From Octopus bimaculoides (Eukaryota): 64,000 nucleotides of DNA. The number at the start of each line of letters is the position of its first letter. Position 1 is the stretch's first letter. Position numbers and translations under genes: made by a program. A model generated the notes under the pieces. It worked only from the letters and a program-made list of their open reading frames with translations, was not told where the DNA came from and searched no databases. Below, piece after piece: positions 1 through 11,414 of this stretch. Location of the stretch: the NCBI RefSeq assembly GCF_001194135.2, contig NC_068994.1:41168814-41232813 (forward strand), written 5' to 3'.

Positions 1-215
1 GTGTGTGTGTGTTTGTCTTTGTACCCCGCCCCTCATCACTTGACAACCAATGTTGTTGTGTTTATGTCCCCATAACTAAGCCATTTGGCAAAACGCACCG
101 ATAGAATAAGTACTAGGCTGAGAAAGAATAAATCCTGGGGTTGATTTCTTTGACTAAAGGTGGTGCTCCAGCATGGCTGCAGTCACATGATTGCAACAAG
201 TAAAACAATAAAAAA
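1..215 (+). mobile_element. SINE family A, 3' part (tail after central microsatellite)
   Basis: Contains GATAGAATAAGTACTAGGCT...GGTGGTGCTCCAGCATGGCTGCAGTC...AAACAATAAAA, a block that recurs more than 10 times in the window. Confidence 0.75.
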
Positions 216-306
216 ACAATGCCATTTTAATCCTGAGCAACACTGGGTATCTCTGCTAGTGTATATATATATATATATATATATATATNNNNNNNNNNAC
301 ACATAC

Positions 307-345
<39 letters not shown>

Positions 346-501
346 TACATATATATGTGTATATATGTGTGTGTGTCTATACATGTATATGTATATATGT
401 ATATGTTTATGCTTGTGTATGTGTGTTTACATACATACAAATATATAAATATATATGTAAACACACCCGCAGACACACACACATATATACATACACAAGC
501 A

Positions 502-544
<43 letters not shown>

Positions 545-822
545 AGAGCAGATCCTATCAGTAACACTTTTATAAGTGGCATTTTGACAGATTAAACTGG
601 CAGAATCTATTTGCAGTAATCAGTAGTGTGATTGCAGTTTTTTTTTTTATTACGTATTATCTAACTTTAGCATTACTTACCCTTTTGCTTCCCTAATCCT
701 TTTATAACTATCAGTCTTAATATTAAAGTTTATTTGCTAAAAGAATGTGGCAGTCCTATACAAGGACGATGTTACTGTTATTTAGCTCCAGAAAAATAGC
801 TTTTCCAGTTGGAAAATATCTT

Positions 823-950
823 TTCCATCTCTAGCCTTATGTGATACACACAGACCTAGGTTTCTGGGAGCCAGTAATTTTCTCACACTGAGGGCAGGTA
901 ACTACCCAGAAACCTAGGTCTGTGAGTATCACGTAAGGCTAGGGATGGAA
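823..950. repeat. Long inverted repeat / hairpin (46-bp arms, 36-nt loop), MITE-like
   Basis: 823-868 is the reverse complement of 905-950 with 3 differences. Confidence 0.9.
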
Positions 951-1224
951 GTAATGACCTCCCTTGCATGTACTATACGGGCACAAACTGTGTGCCGGTA
1001 GCCAACTGGGAAAGATATTTTCCTGGGGCTTAATAACAATAACATTGTCTCTGTATAGCACTGCCACATTATGTTGGAAAATAAACTTTATTATTCGGTA
1101 CTGTAACCATATATCTCTTGCTCAAATATTTAAAACAAGTTTTTTTTCCCTTTAGTCTTAATATTCTTTTAACATAATTATCTTATACAACTGCCGGTTT
1201 GTAATTTATTTCATTATACCTACA

Positions 1225-1590
1225 TGACTGAGTGGTTCTGGATTCAGTCCCACTATGTGGGACTTTGGCCAAATGGCTTTTACTATAGCCTTAGGCCAAT
1301 CATAGCTTTTTCAGTGGATTTGATAGGCAGAAACTGAAAGAAGCCTGTTGTATATATATATGCATGTTTGTGTGTGTCTTTGTTTGTTTTCCTGCCACCA
1401 CTTGACAACTGGTATTGGTTTATTTACATCCCTGTAACTTAGTGGTTCAGCAAAAGAAACTGATAGAATAAGTACCAGGCTTTAAAAAAAGAAAAAAAAG
1501 TACTGGAGCTGATTCATTTTACTGTGAAATTCTTCAAAGAGGTGCCCCAACATGACTGCAGTCTAATGACTGAAACAAGTAAGAGATGAA
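1225..1590 (+). mobile_element. SINE family A (tRNA-like head, central TA/TG microsatellite, conserved tail), diverged
   Basis: Head GGTTCTGGATTCAGTCCCACT...ACTATAGCC and tail CAACATGACTGCAGTCTAATGACTGAAACAAGTAAGAGA, both matching other copies. Confidence 0.75.
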
Positions 1591-1662
1591 AAAAAATTAA
1601 AGATACATACTTTAACCCATAGAAATTAGAATTGCCTACAGACAACTCTTATTTCTATAGAT

Positions 1663-2002
1663 CAGTGGTTCTCAACTATGATCTTGTGGGTCCATATAAG
1701 ATTTTTGTGGGGTCCATGCAGCAAAAGAGTCTATTGGGTCCACAGTAGCATTTTATGGGTAAATGTGAAACAATTTTGCTTTCAGTGTATGTATTAGTAT
1801 ATAGTGCAAGGAACATTTAGGTCTCTTTCTCTAACATTTTGCATAGATCAACCGAAACGAGTTAATGTATAACTAACAAAATACGAATTTTGAAAGAAGT
1901 TTCGATAAAACTAGTTTTTAAACATCGAATGGCTATGGGGATCCACTAGAATAGAATAGTAATCAAAGGGATACATAAACAAAAAGTGGTTGAGAACCCC
2001 TG
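1663..2002. mobile_element. hAT (Charlie-like) MITE
   Basis: TIRs CAGTGGTTCTCAAC / GTTGAGAACCCCTG with an exact 8-bp target-site duplication CTATAGAT (1655-1662, 2003-2010). Confidence 0.9.
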
Positions 2003-4044
2003 CTATAGATCCTCTATCCTAGCACTTAATGTTAGAGCTTAGGCATTTGGTTTGGCTGACAAACTTATTGTATGTGCCTATTATATGTGATTAACATCAT
2101 AATTTAATGTCTGTTTTCCATGTTAGCATGTGTTGGACGGTTTGACTGAAAACTGGTAAGCCAGGGAGCTGCACTAGGTTCCAATCTGATTTGGCATGGT
2201 TTCTACATCTGGATGTCCTTCCTAATGACAACCACTCCAAGAGTGTAATGGATGCTTTTTACATGCCACCAATACCCATTACGTAGTTATATTACTGCTC
2301 TTCATTGATAGGCATGCATTGGTTTGGGGTTTTTTTTTTCTAAAATCTTACATAGTTTAACTTCAAAATTTAATTTGAACAATAAGCTTGTTTCTGAATA
2401 TGGATTTAAATGGCTGTAATTTCAAATACAACCACCTTCCTTTTAAATTTCTTCTTGTCCTTTCAATGTTATACTTTCTCTTCTCCTTTCTCTTGTTTCC
2501 TTTTAAACTATTTTATTGAGTCACAAACAGATGTTTTTGCATTTGTACCGAAAAGATTGAAATTACTGAAGAATGCTTATAAATAAATTTACAAACTTAT
2601 AAACTAATAAATAAATTAGTAAAGTTTTTGGAATATTGAGCACTTTAATTAATTTGCAAACACTATTGTTTCTAAAAACAATTACATTATATATGTATTA
2701 AATGTTTTAATCTTTTGAAAAGCCAAAACAATGCTAGTTGTATACAAAAATATATGCATACATACACACACATATAGACATATAGACATTCAAAAAGTTT
2801 TTACAATGAATTCTTGATATGGCCACAAAAAATAAAGATTTTCTTAAATTAAAAATTATTAGTCATTAAAAAAAACAAATCTTGAACAAAAAAAAAAAAA
2901 GGGAACAGAATAACACAAACCTTTTGAAGGAAGTTTTCACATTGTGTGTAAGCACTTTTGCTGTTGACAACTTTTTAGACCCACATGTTATGCGATAATC
3001 TGTCTAGAAGTTTTGTTGTGGTATACTTTTGGATTTAGAATTCTTATAAAATATTCTTCATTTGCCTTTCATTCTAATTTGTAATATAATTTGCAGAAAC
3101 ATAATAGGTTGTTATTAAATATCCATCCAATTTTCGGTCCCTTCCTCCATCCATAAATACATACATGCATGCATACAAACATACATGTACACACACACAC
3201 ACACATTCTTTTATTCTTTTACTTGTTTCAGTCATTTAACTGCGGCCATGCTGGAGCACCACCTTAAAGGGTTTGTATTTGTCCTCTCTACTGCTTGACA
3301 ACCTGTGTTTGTTTATGTTACCATAACTTAGTAGTTTGACAAAAGGGCAGAACAGAATAGGTACTAAGCTTTAAAAAAACCCCCCAAAAAACAAGTACTA
3401 GCGTCGATTTATTCAACTAAGCCTTTCAAAGTGGTGCTCAAGCATAGCTGCAGTCCAGCTACTAAAACAGAAAATAAAGATGTCATTCAGTACATCAGCT
3501 TCAACTAGAATTTATCTAATTTCTTGCTTTGGCCCACATGAGTTATTTCCCTGCATTTAGTTTTTATTAATTATCAGCTCTGGTGAAACTTGATATCAGA
3601 ATGTCAAAGGAGAATTACTAGATACAATGCATTTAATGCCAAGAGGCTATTGCGTCTTACCATTTCAACACCGTCGTGACTTTGACATATTTAATAGTAG
3701 TGTATTAGATTTCTGCAAATTATATTATACGAAGTAGAATGATCTAAATGTCAATTAAACGAAAGTGGAAAAAAAAAAAATTAGCAAATAAACATTAAAC
3801 CATTAAAATGAAAACATGTGTTCATAATTATTTAATGACACTAATTATCCATGTTAAAACCTAGCTTGACTTGAATAAATCACCAAAGCAAATGACGTTA
3901 TATATTTAAACAGTGATATACTTAATGAATTCGGAAATGAATAACAAACATAGTTCAATAGATTTTTCTTCTTGGAAAAGAAAAACACAAAGCAGGTGGT
4001 TGATTTTGAGTACATAATTAAGCTAAATTATCTTTGATAAAGTG

Positions 4045-4250
4045 GAGGTGCATGACATAGTGGTTAGGATGATGGACACATGATAGTAAGATTTTGGTAT
4101 CAATTCCTGGATCAGTAATGTTGTGTGTTCTTGAGCAAAACAATTCAATTCACATTGCCCCAATCCACTCAGCTGGTAAAAATGAGTAATCCTGTTATGG
4201 ACTGGCATCCTATCCAGGGAAGAATATAAATGCCAGAGAAACTGAAAAAC
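4045..4250 (+). mobile_element. SINE family C (tRNA-derived head, TGTGTTCTTGAGCAAAACAC core)
   Basis: A/B-box-like head plus a core shared with copies near 13250, 15980, 16260, 24740, 29281 and 37928. Confidence 0.7.
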
Positions 4251-5299
4251 CAACATTATCAAATAACATACAGCATAAATTCCTGATTTATTAAAATCAT
4301 CTACTTCTCTAGAGGATGTGTCATATTTACCAAATAGCAATTAAGATAAGCTCCACTTGAGAAATCATGCTGTTAAGCAAAAAAGACAGGCTTATTTTCT
4401 GGAGATAAGAAGCCAGTTGTGGGCATGAATTTTTAACTCAATAGCCATCATCAGTACAACAATTGTCCAAACTTATCTTCAAAAGCCAAAAAACTTAGAC
4501 TTACACAAAAGGGATTAGAACATATTCATGGCCTAGCTAATCCTGAGTCCAAGACTGTCCTCTAATCTCCAGACAATAACCCTGTGCTTTTCCTAAATAG
4601 CATATCAGTAACTGGAGAATTCCTGATTCTTGATATTGTTTTTTCTCCTCATGTGGAACTAAACTGTAAACTCATGTGATACAAGCTGAAAAAATATTAA
4701 GAGTACTTCGCTGCAGATATTACAGTGATATGGTTTATTCTTTGTTTGAAAGTGTTTAGTAGTAATTAAGATACTTCATTTTGAGAATAATTTACCAAAG
4801 ATATCATGGCAATATAACTGTGTTGTGTTCTGCTATATTTCTTCAGCTTAATATAATCTCTGTAATATCGTGTTCAACTAAAGTTATTCAGCTGTACATT
4901 TTTTTATTTTGTCTCTTCATTCATTTGGTAATTTTCTCCTATTCATTCCTGGGCAAATTTCAAGATTGCTTTTGCACCAGCTTCAAAAACTTAATTCCAT
5001 GATATTACCTGTGTTTGTATGCATGTGTGTGTGTGTGTGTGTGTGTGCGTGTGAATGTTCATGTATATGTTTGTGTGTGTGCATGCATGCATGCATGTAC
5101 ATGAAACTGTGTGTATGTGTATATGCATAAATACATGAAAGTATATGTGTGCATATGTGTTTATTGTGTGCATTAGAAAGACAAAGTTTACAGTCATTAC
5201 TGTTTGTAATATATTTTGCCTGCGTTGGTTAAAGTTTTAAAATCCTCATTCCACTAGTTATCTCTGTGTTGTTAATCAGTTTATGTCTATCACAAGAAA

Positions 5300-5639
5300 A
5301 ACATTTTCTGAACGAATTGGGCTATAAAACTCTGCCTCATCTGCCATACTCACCAGATCTCTCACCGACCGACTACCAAAATTTTTCATGTATCTCGACA
5401 ACTTCCTGCGTGAGAAATGCTTCAAAAACCAAGACAATGCCATACACACCTTCAACGACTTGATCGCCACCAGAGTGCAGGATTTTTACGCTACTGGCAT
5501 AAATAAACTTGTTTCGCGTTGGCAAAAGTTTATTGATTCTGATGGTGTTTATTTCAATTAATAAAGTTTTGTTTGAGCCGAGATATGTGCATCTGAATTT
5601 AAAGGTTAAAACCGCAAGAACTTTCTTGACAACCTAATA
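5300..5639 (+). mobile_element. Mariner transposon 3' remnant (frameshifted transposase C-terminus plus right TIR)
   Basis: Translates LPHLPYSPDLSPTDY (mariner YSPDL motif). A shifted frame gives LDNFLREKCF...FYATGINKLVSRWQKFIDSDGVYF. The element ends in ...ACAACCTAA-TA. Confidence 0.85.
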
Positions 5640-6489
5640 TTATTATTATTATTATTATTATCAATAGGGCATAGTTTCATCTGACCCATGTGAGTATATA
5701 AAGTATATGATAAAATGTTAATGAATGATTGTGATTATATATCATTATTATTTACCATCATCGTTGTTTTAACATCCACATTTTCCTACAGCCTTATGCT
5801 TTTCCGCTCACCAACTCTCATCTATTTTCAAGCAAGTAATAATTCAGCATTGCCAAGGATGTTTACATGAATGATTGAAGAGAAGTAACTTCATTTGTAT
5901 AACTGTGATTTTCATTTACAACTATTGTGCAATGCCAAAACATGGACAACCAAACACACATACATTTCAAACACATAATTATACATATACAGTAGACTTC
6001 TTTCAGTTTCCCTTTACTAAATCCACTCACAAATTTTTGACTTGCCTGAAGCTATAGTAGAATACAATTTCCCAAAGTACTGCACACTGGGACTGGACAT
6101 AAAACCATATACTTGGGAAGTGAACCTCTTAAGAACAGTAGTGTCTGCACACGCACACGTGCGCACACAATAATGATGATGATGATAATAATAATAATAA
6201 GAAGAAGAAGAATAAGAACAACAACAACAACAACAATAATCCTTGGATGGAATTTATAAACATTTAATTCCATTCAAAGATTATTGTTATTACCATTATA
6301 TTTATCCTACATTATATTGGTACAGCATGATGCAACCTCAAAATACTGGTTCACCAGTCATCATCATTAGACAATGGCCAGCATAATTCAATAGGAGATT
6401 TATTTGTATATTCAAAATGTTTCCCATAAACAAATTTAGAAGATTATATATATATATTATAGGTGCAGGAATAGCTGTGTGGAACCACT

Positions 6490-6566
6490 AGGTTACGGGG
6501 ACGTAAACACACCAGCATCGATTGTCAAGTGATGTTGTGGGGACAAACACAGACACACAAACACAT

Positions 6567-6629
<63 letters not shown>

Positions 6630-6790
6630 TACAACGGACTTCTTTCAGTTTCCGTCTGCCAAATCCACTCACAAGGCTTTGGTTGGCCCGAGGCTATAGT
6701 AGAAGACACTTGCCCAAGGTGCCATGTAGTGGTACTGAACCCAAAACCATGTGGTTGGTAAGCAAGCTACTTACTGCACAGCCACTCATG
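6490..6790 (-). mobile_element. SINE family A, minus-strand copy
   Basis: Reverse complement of head GGCTGTGCAGTAAGTAGCTTGCTTACC..., central (TA)n, then GATGCTGGTGTGTTTACGTCCCCGTAAC. Confidence 0.8.
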
Positions 6791-6879
6791 TATGTATGCA
6801 TGTATTCATATACGTTTGTACATATATAGGGTTTATAGCACATGTGTTCTGCCATCATTGCTCTATGGAAGTGAGACAT

Positions 6880-7630
6880 GGGTTGTTTATCATAAGCATT
6901 TGAGGCATTTGGAATGATCCAATCAATATTGTCTTAGGAAAATTGATGGGATAAACTGTAGAATGGTGATCAGTGATTTAGAGGTACCTGAGAGAAGGTG
7001 CATTAGGAATGTGGAATTGATCATTCTGCAAAGTTGTTTGAGGTGGGGTGGACACCTGGTGAGAATGACTGATAAAAGACTTACTAAGCAACTTTTGTAT
7101 AGGGAACAGGAAGATTGTAAAAGCATGCACTTAAACCCAAAATGAGGTTCAAAGATTGCCTTAAAGCTGCTTTGACACAGACAAGAATTTCAGATGTTAA
7201 TTGGGTGAGAGAAGCACAAAATTGAAATGGATGGGGGAAAAGAGTGCACAGTGGTTGTTCAAAGTTTGAAAGAGAGAGAATGAAGCACAAAAAGATCAAA
7301 AGAAAGCTTAGAAAGAATGAACCAACAGAAAATGAAGAAGTGTTGCTTTTTACATATGTGATTTGTAGGAGGAAAAGATTCGAGTTATGCTAGTCTGGTC
7401 AGCCATCAGATAAGTCACAGGAATCAACACCTTGTAAATTGTTTTACAGGTATTGTTCACAACAGAACATGTGTGATCTGTGGAAAGGTGTACCGTTCAG
7501 ATGGAGGACATGTCAAAAGTCTTCATAGTTGTGGCACTTGTTCCTTCTGCCAGCCAGCACAACTGGGCATTATGCAATAAAATGTGCAAAATCATTGGCA
7601 GGACTTAAGCAATATATAAGGGCCTCATGT
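6880..7630 (+). mobile_element. RTE-clade (BovB-like) LINE, decayed 3' ORF region
   Basis: Peptide ISDLEVPERRCIRNVELIILQSCLRWGGHLVRMTDKRLTKQLLY resembles the RTE C-terminal LRWxGHVVRMxDxRLPKQLLY motif. Downstream CxxC / SxxGLxSH-like remnants are present, with many stops. Confidence 0.8.
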
Positions 7631-8146
7631 TGCATTATTAGTGACTCATTTCAAAGACTCTTTCCAGCAATGGCTTTGCTTGTATATGAGAATGCAGCCA
7701 CTATGTATGCATATATGTTTATACATATACATACATGCAGAGATGCATGTGAAATGAACAAAAACTGGTACTTATGAATATAAATACCCAGCGATATTTA
7801 TACTGTATGACTAGCTAAGTTTATCTGCTCATATGACAATTTTCGATCTATATTTTTTATCTTCCTAGACGATGGAATACATATCAGACAAATTACTTAA
7901 GTCAATATAATTGACTAAAGCACTCAAAAGTAGTCTGTCTCAGCATAGCTACATTTCTGAAACTGAAACCAGTGCAGGCATAAAATAATTTGGTCAACTA
8001 TCATCATACCTTAGTTTAAATGTGTTCAAATATAGCAAGCAAGAGCTACTAAAACCAGCAACAGCTGTAATAGCAGCAACATCATGCAACCTTACTCATG
8101 TTTTCAAACATTGTATGTTACTCTCCCTGACTGTGTGTGTATATAA

Positions 8147-8183
<37 letters not shown>

Positions 8184-8259
8184 TAAACAGATATAGATAT
8201 GGGTATATAGACATATCTTGTGTGTATATATATAATAGTGCATGTTTGGAAAAATGTAC

Positions 8260-8295
<36 letters not shown>

Positions 8296-8319
8296 ATGTA
8301 TATATGTATATATATATGT

Positions 8320-8790
8320 ATCATCATCATCACCATCATCATTTGTCCGCTTTCCATGCTGGCATGGGTTGAACGGTTTGCCTGAAACCTGGTAAGCTGG
8401 AGGGCTGCACCAGGTTCCGATCTGATATGGTAAGGTTTCTATAGCTAGATGCCCTTCCTAATGCCAACCATTCCAAGAGTGTAGTGGGTGTTTTCTACAT
8501 GCCACCGGTATGGATACCATTGACCTGACACTGGCCACGACTATGATCTCACTTAGTTTGACAAGTCTATACAAGCACGGTATATCGTCAAAAGTCTTGG
8601 CCACCTGTCATTGCCTCCATGAGGCCCAACACTTAAACGGTGCTTTTTACATGCCACCAGCATGGGTACCAGTCAGACAGCACTGGCATCAGCCATGACT
8701 ATGACTTCACTCAGTTTGACAGGTCCTTACAAACACAGCATATCACCCAACAATTGAAGGGTGATTTTAACAGGCCAGTTACACAACTCT
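8320..8790 (-). mobile_element. SINE family D ((GAT)n-tailed)
   Basis: (CAT)n then CCGCTTTCCATGCTGGCATGGGTT...GATGCCCTTCCTAATGCCAACC, shared with copies near 2095, 28470, 30300 and 48099. Confidence 0.75.
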
Positions 8791-8994
8791 GGCACCAGCC
8801 ATGTATGTATATACATATATATCAATATATCTATATCCATATATCAGTATCTATCTATCTATCTATCTATATATATATATATATATACACATCCACACAC
8901 CCATACACCTACACACAAATAAAGAATATTTACCCACCAACATAGTGTTGAGCACTCATTCACATTGTTCAATATTAAAATGTAAATGTATATA

Positions 8995-9240
8995 TCATCA
9001 TTTAACGTCTGTTGTCCATGGTGGTATGGGTTGAACGGTTTGACCAGGGCTGGTAAGCTGGAAGGCTGCACCAGGCTCCAGTCTGATTTGGCACGATTTT
9101 CTATGGAAGGACATCCAGCCATAGAAAGCCATGCCAAATCAGACTGGAGTCTGGTGCAGCCTTTCAGCTTACCAGCCCTGGTCAAACCGTCCAACCCATG
9201 CCAGCATGGACAACAGACGTCAAATGATGATGATGATGAT
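8995..9240. repeat. Fold-back (inverted duplication) of a family D SINE 3' end
   Basis: ~110-bp arms (8995-9106 vs 9119-9240) around a 12-nt loop. The ORF track shows near-identical peptides on both strands here. Confidence 0.9.
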
Positions 9241-9282
9241 GATATATATATACATACAATACTTAAAAAACTTATACAAGGT

Positions 9283-9384
9283 ATGTGTTTTGCCAGTTCA
9301 TGGGCAGGCTGCGATTATAGGAATAAAAGAATATATTCTCTTACACCTATAATTGCAGCCTGCCCATGAACTGACAAAACACAT
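9283..9384. repeat. Near-perfect loop-less palindrome (51-bp arms)
   Basis: Symmetry centre between 9333 and 9334 (GAATA|TATTC), with 5 non-Watson-Crick positions in 51. Confidence 0.9.
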
Positions 9385-10995
9385 GACTTGTGTATGTGTG
9401 TTTGGTATTGTGTATATCTCTCAGACTGCTTCTCATATATATTTTGAATTTGTGTGTGTGTGCATGTGTGCATGTGTGTGTGTGTGACCATTTTTTTTAC
9501 TTGGTAGTGGTTTAGCAGAATGAGTAGAACATGGGACAAGTTACCCACAGTATTTAATTACATTTCTTTTATGATCTCTAGTTCAAATGATACCAAGGAC
9601 AATTTTGCCTTTTGTCCTGTGGTCAATAGAATAAATTACAATCATGCACTGAGGTCAGTTTAATATTCCTATAAAGCTTCTGAGGTGTGAATAGAATCCA
9701 TAACATGTTAGACTGAGTCTCAATCTACCTTTCTCTCTTATTTTTTGCTCTCCCTGTTTTTACCCTCTCTCCTTTTCTTTTCTCCCTCTCCGATAAATTA
9801 AAGTTTCCTCAACATATTGAAAGAAAGGAGAGTAACAAATTAATAATCATAATTTACAACAATCAATCTTTATTCCATTGTCATTACAATAGACTTGTCT
9901 ACTTCACTAAAGGCAAAAATGATAACATTACGTTTCACAAATCCACATATTCTTACCATTTAATCAGTCTTTCTTCTCTTCAATACTTCAAGACTTTCTT
10001 TGACAATCACATCTTCCTTCACCGATTGCCAGAGTTGCCAAATAAGATTATTTGTGTTGTTCAATAAACTATAAAAAAAAATCAAAAACAAGAACAAAAA
10101 TGGAAGGCAAATGTTGTCATCTGAAATGAAATGAAATGCAATGAAATGTTATTTTTATCATTTTATTTGTGTCACTCGAATAAGTCCAGCCATCTTCACT
10201 ACCCTCAATCAACATGCTACATCACTTCCAATGCTTATTGATGAATGTAAACCACAACTTGCAGCTTTCACTTATTCTAATGAAATTGCCTCAGGCCTCA
10301 CTCATTCTATTTGGATAATTATTTTAGAAAATCTGATGGGGGAGGAAAGTGGGGGTGTTATGCGTCTTCTGATCAAAAGTCAAGAATATCAGAAGGAAGA
10401 TGGAAAGAGAAGATGAAATGAAAGATCGAATGAATGAATGAATGAATAAACAAATGAATGGAATAAAATAACATAAATAAATAAATATAATTTGGAAAAT
10501 GCAGAAATCTAATGAAAATGACTCAGGTTTAGTTCTTAGTGAGATTTTGTCTTGAGATCCATCTCAAGTGATCTCTGTTGACTGGACAAATTATTTATAC
10601 CTCTGATTCCCAAATGCATTGTGTCAAGAATAACATTACATTTCCTGCACTCCTTGTGAAAGTGGACACAGGAAATAAATAAAATATCAAAGAAGCGGAA
10701 AAGAAAAGGAAGAGCCACAAGAGAATCACAAATTGTAGATAATAAAACAACATCAACAACAACAACAAAAGAAACTACAACAGCAACAATTCCAACAACA
10801 CTGACCACATAAACAACCAGAAAAACATTAACAACAATAACATAATAATGCTGTTGAAGTGATAGTAATGTTGAGAGCAAAAAACAAAAGAAACTCATTT
10901 GACTGGAAAAAAAATAGACTTTTAAAACTGAACTAGGAATGAAGTTATTATAGACGTTTCACTCCGTCTGTCTTGGTGTTCCAGTCTGTCTCTCT

Positions 10996-11056
<61 letters not shown>

Positions 11057-11081
11057 TACATACATATATATATAAATATTA

Positions 11082-11158
11082 ATATAAGCTTAAAAGCAAT
11101 CACCATGCAATGATTAAAGAAAACAGTCTAATATTGGGGCATATAAGCCCCTAACGGA
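11082..11158. mobile_element. Truncated copy of the TIR of the 54109-54473 MITE
   Basis: ATATAAGCTTAAAAGC..ATCACCATGCAATGATTAAAGAAAACAGTCTAATATTGGGGCATATAAGCCC aligns with 54138-54212. Confidence 0.7.
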
Positions 11159-11378
11159 TATATATGTATGTATGCATGTATGTATGTATGTCTTCATCAT
11201 CACTTTATCATCTACATTTCCATGTTTACTTAAGTTGGACAGAGTTTATTTCTAATGGGTTAAATCTAAGAATAAATTAAAATCAAGGGAATTATCAGCT
11301 GTTAAAATGTGTATGCATTTTCAGGACCCCTGTATATACATGTGTGTTTGTGAGTATGTGCATGCATGCATGCATGCA

Positions 11379-11414
<36 letters not shown>

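Noticed and set aside
160-575. ORFs of YI/CV/HT/RE repeats here and at many other places (13614-14019, 41016-41654, 50208-50720, 53149-53837, 60659-61041)
   Set aside because: They are translations of (TA)n, (CA)n and (GA)n microsatellites and N-gaps, with no coding signal.
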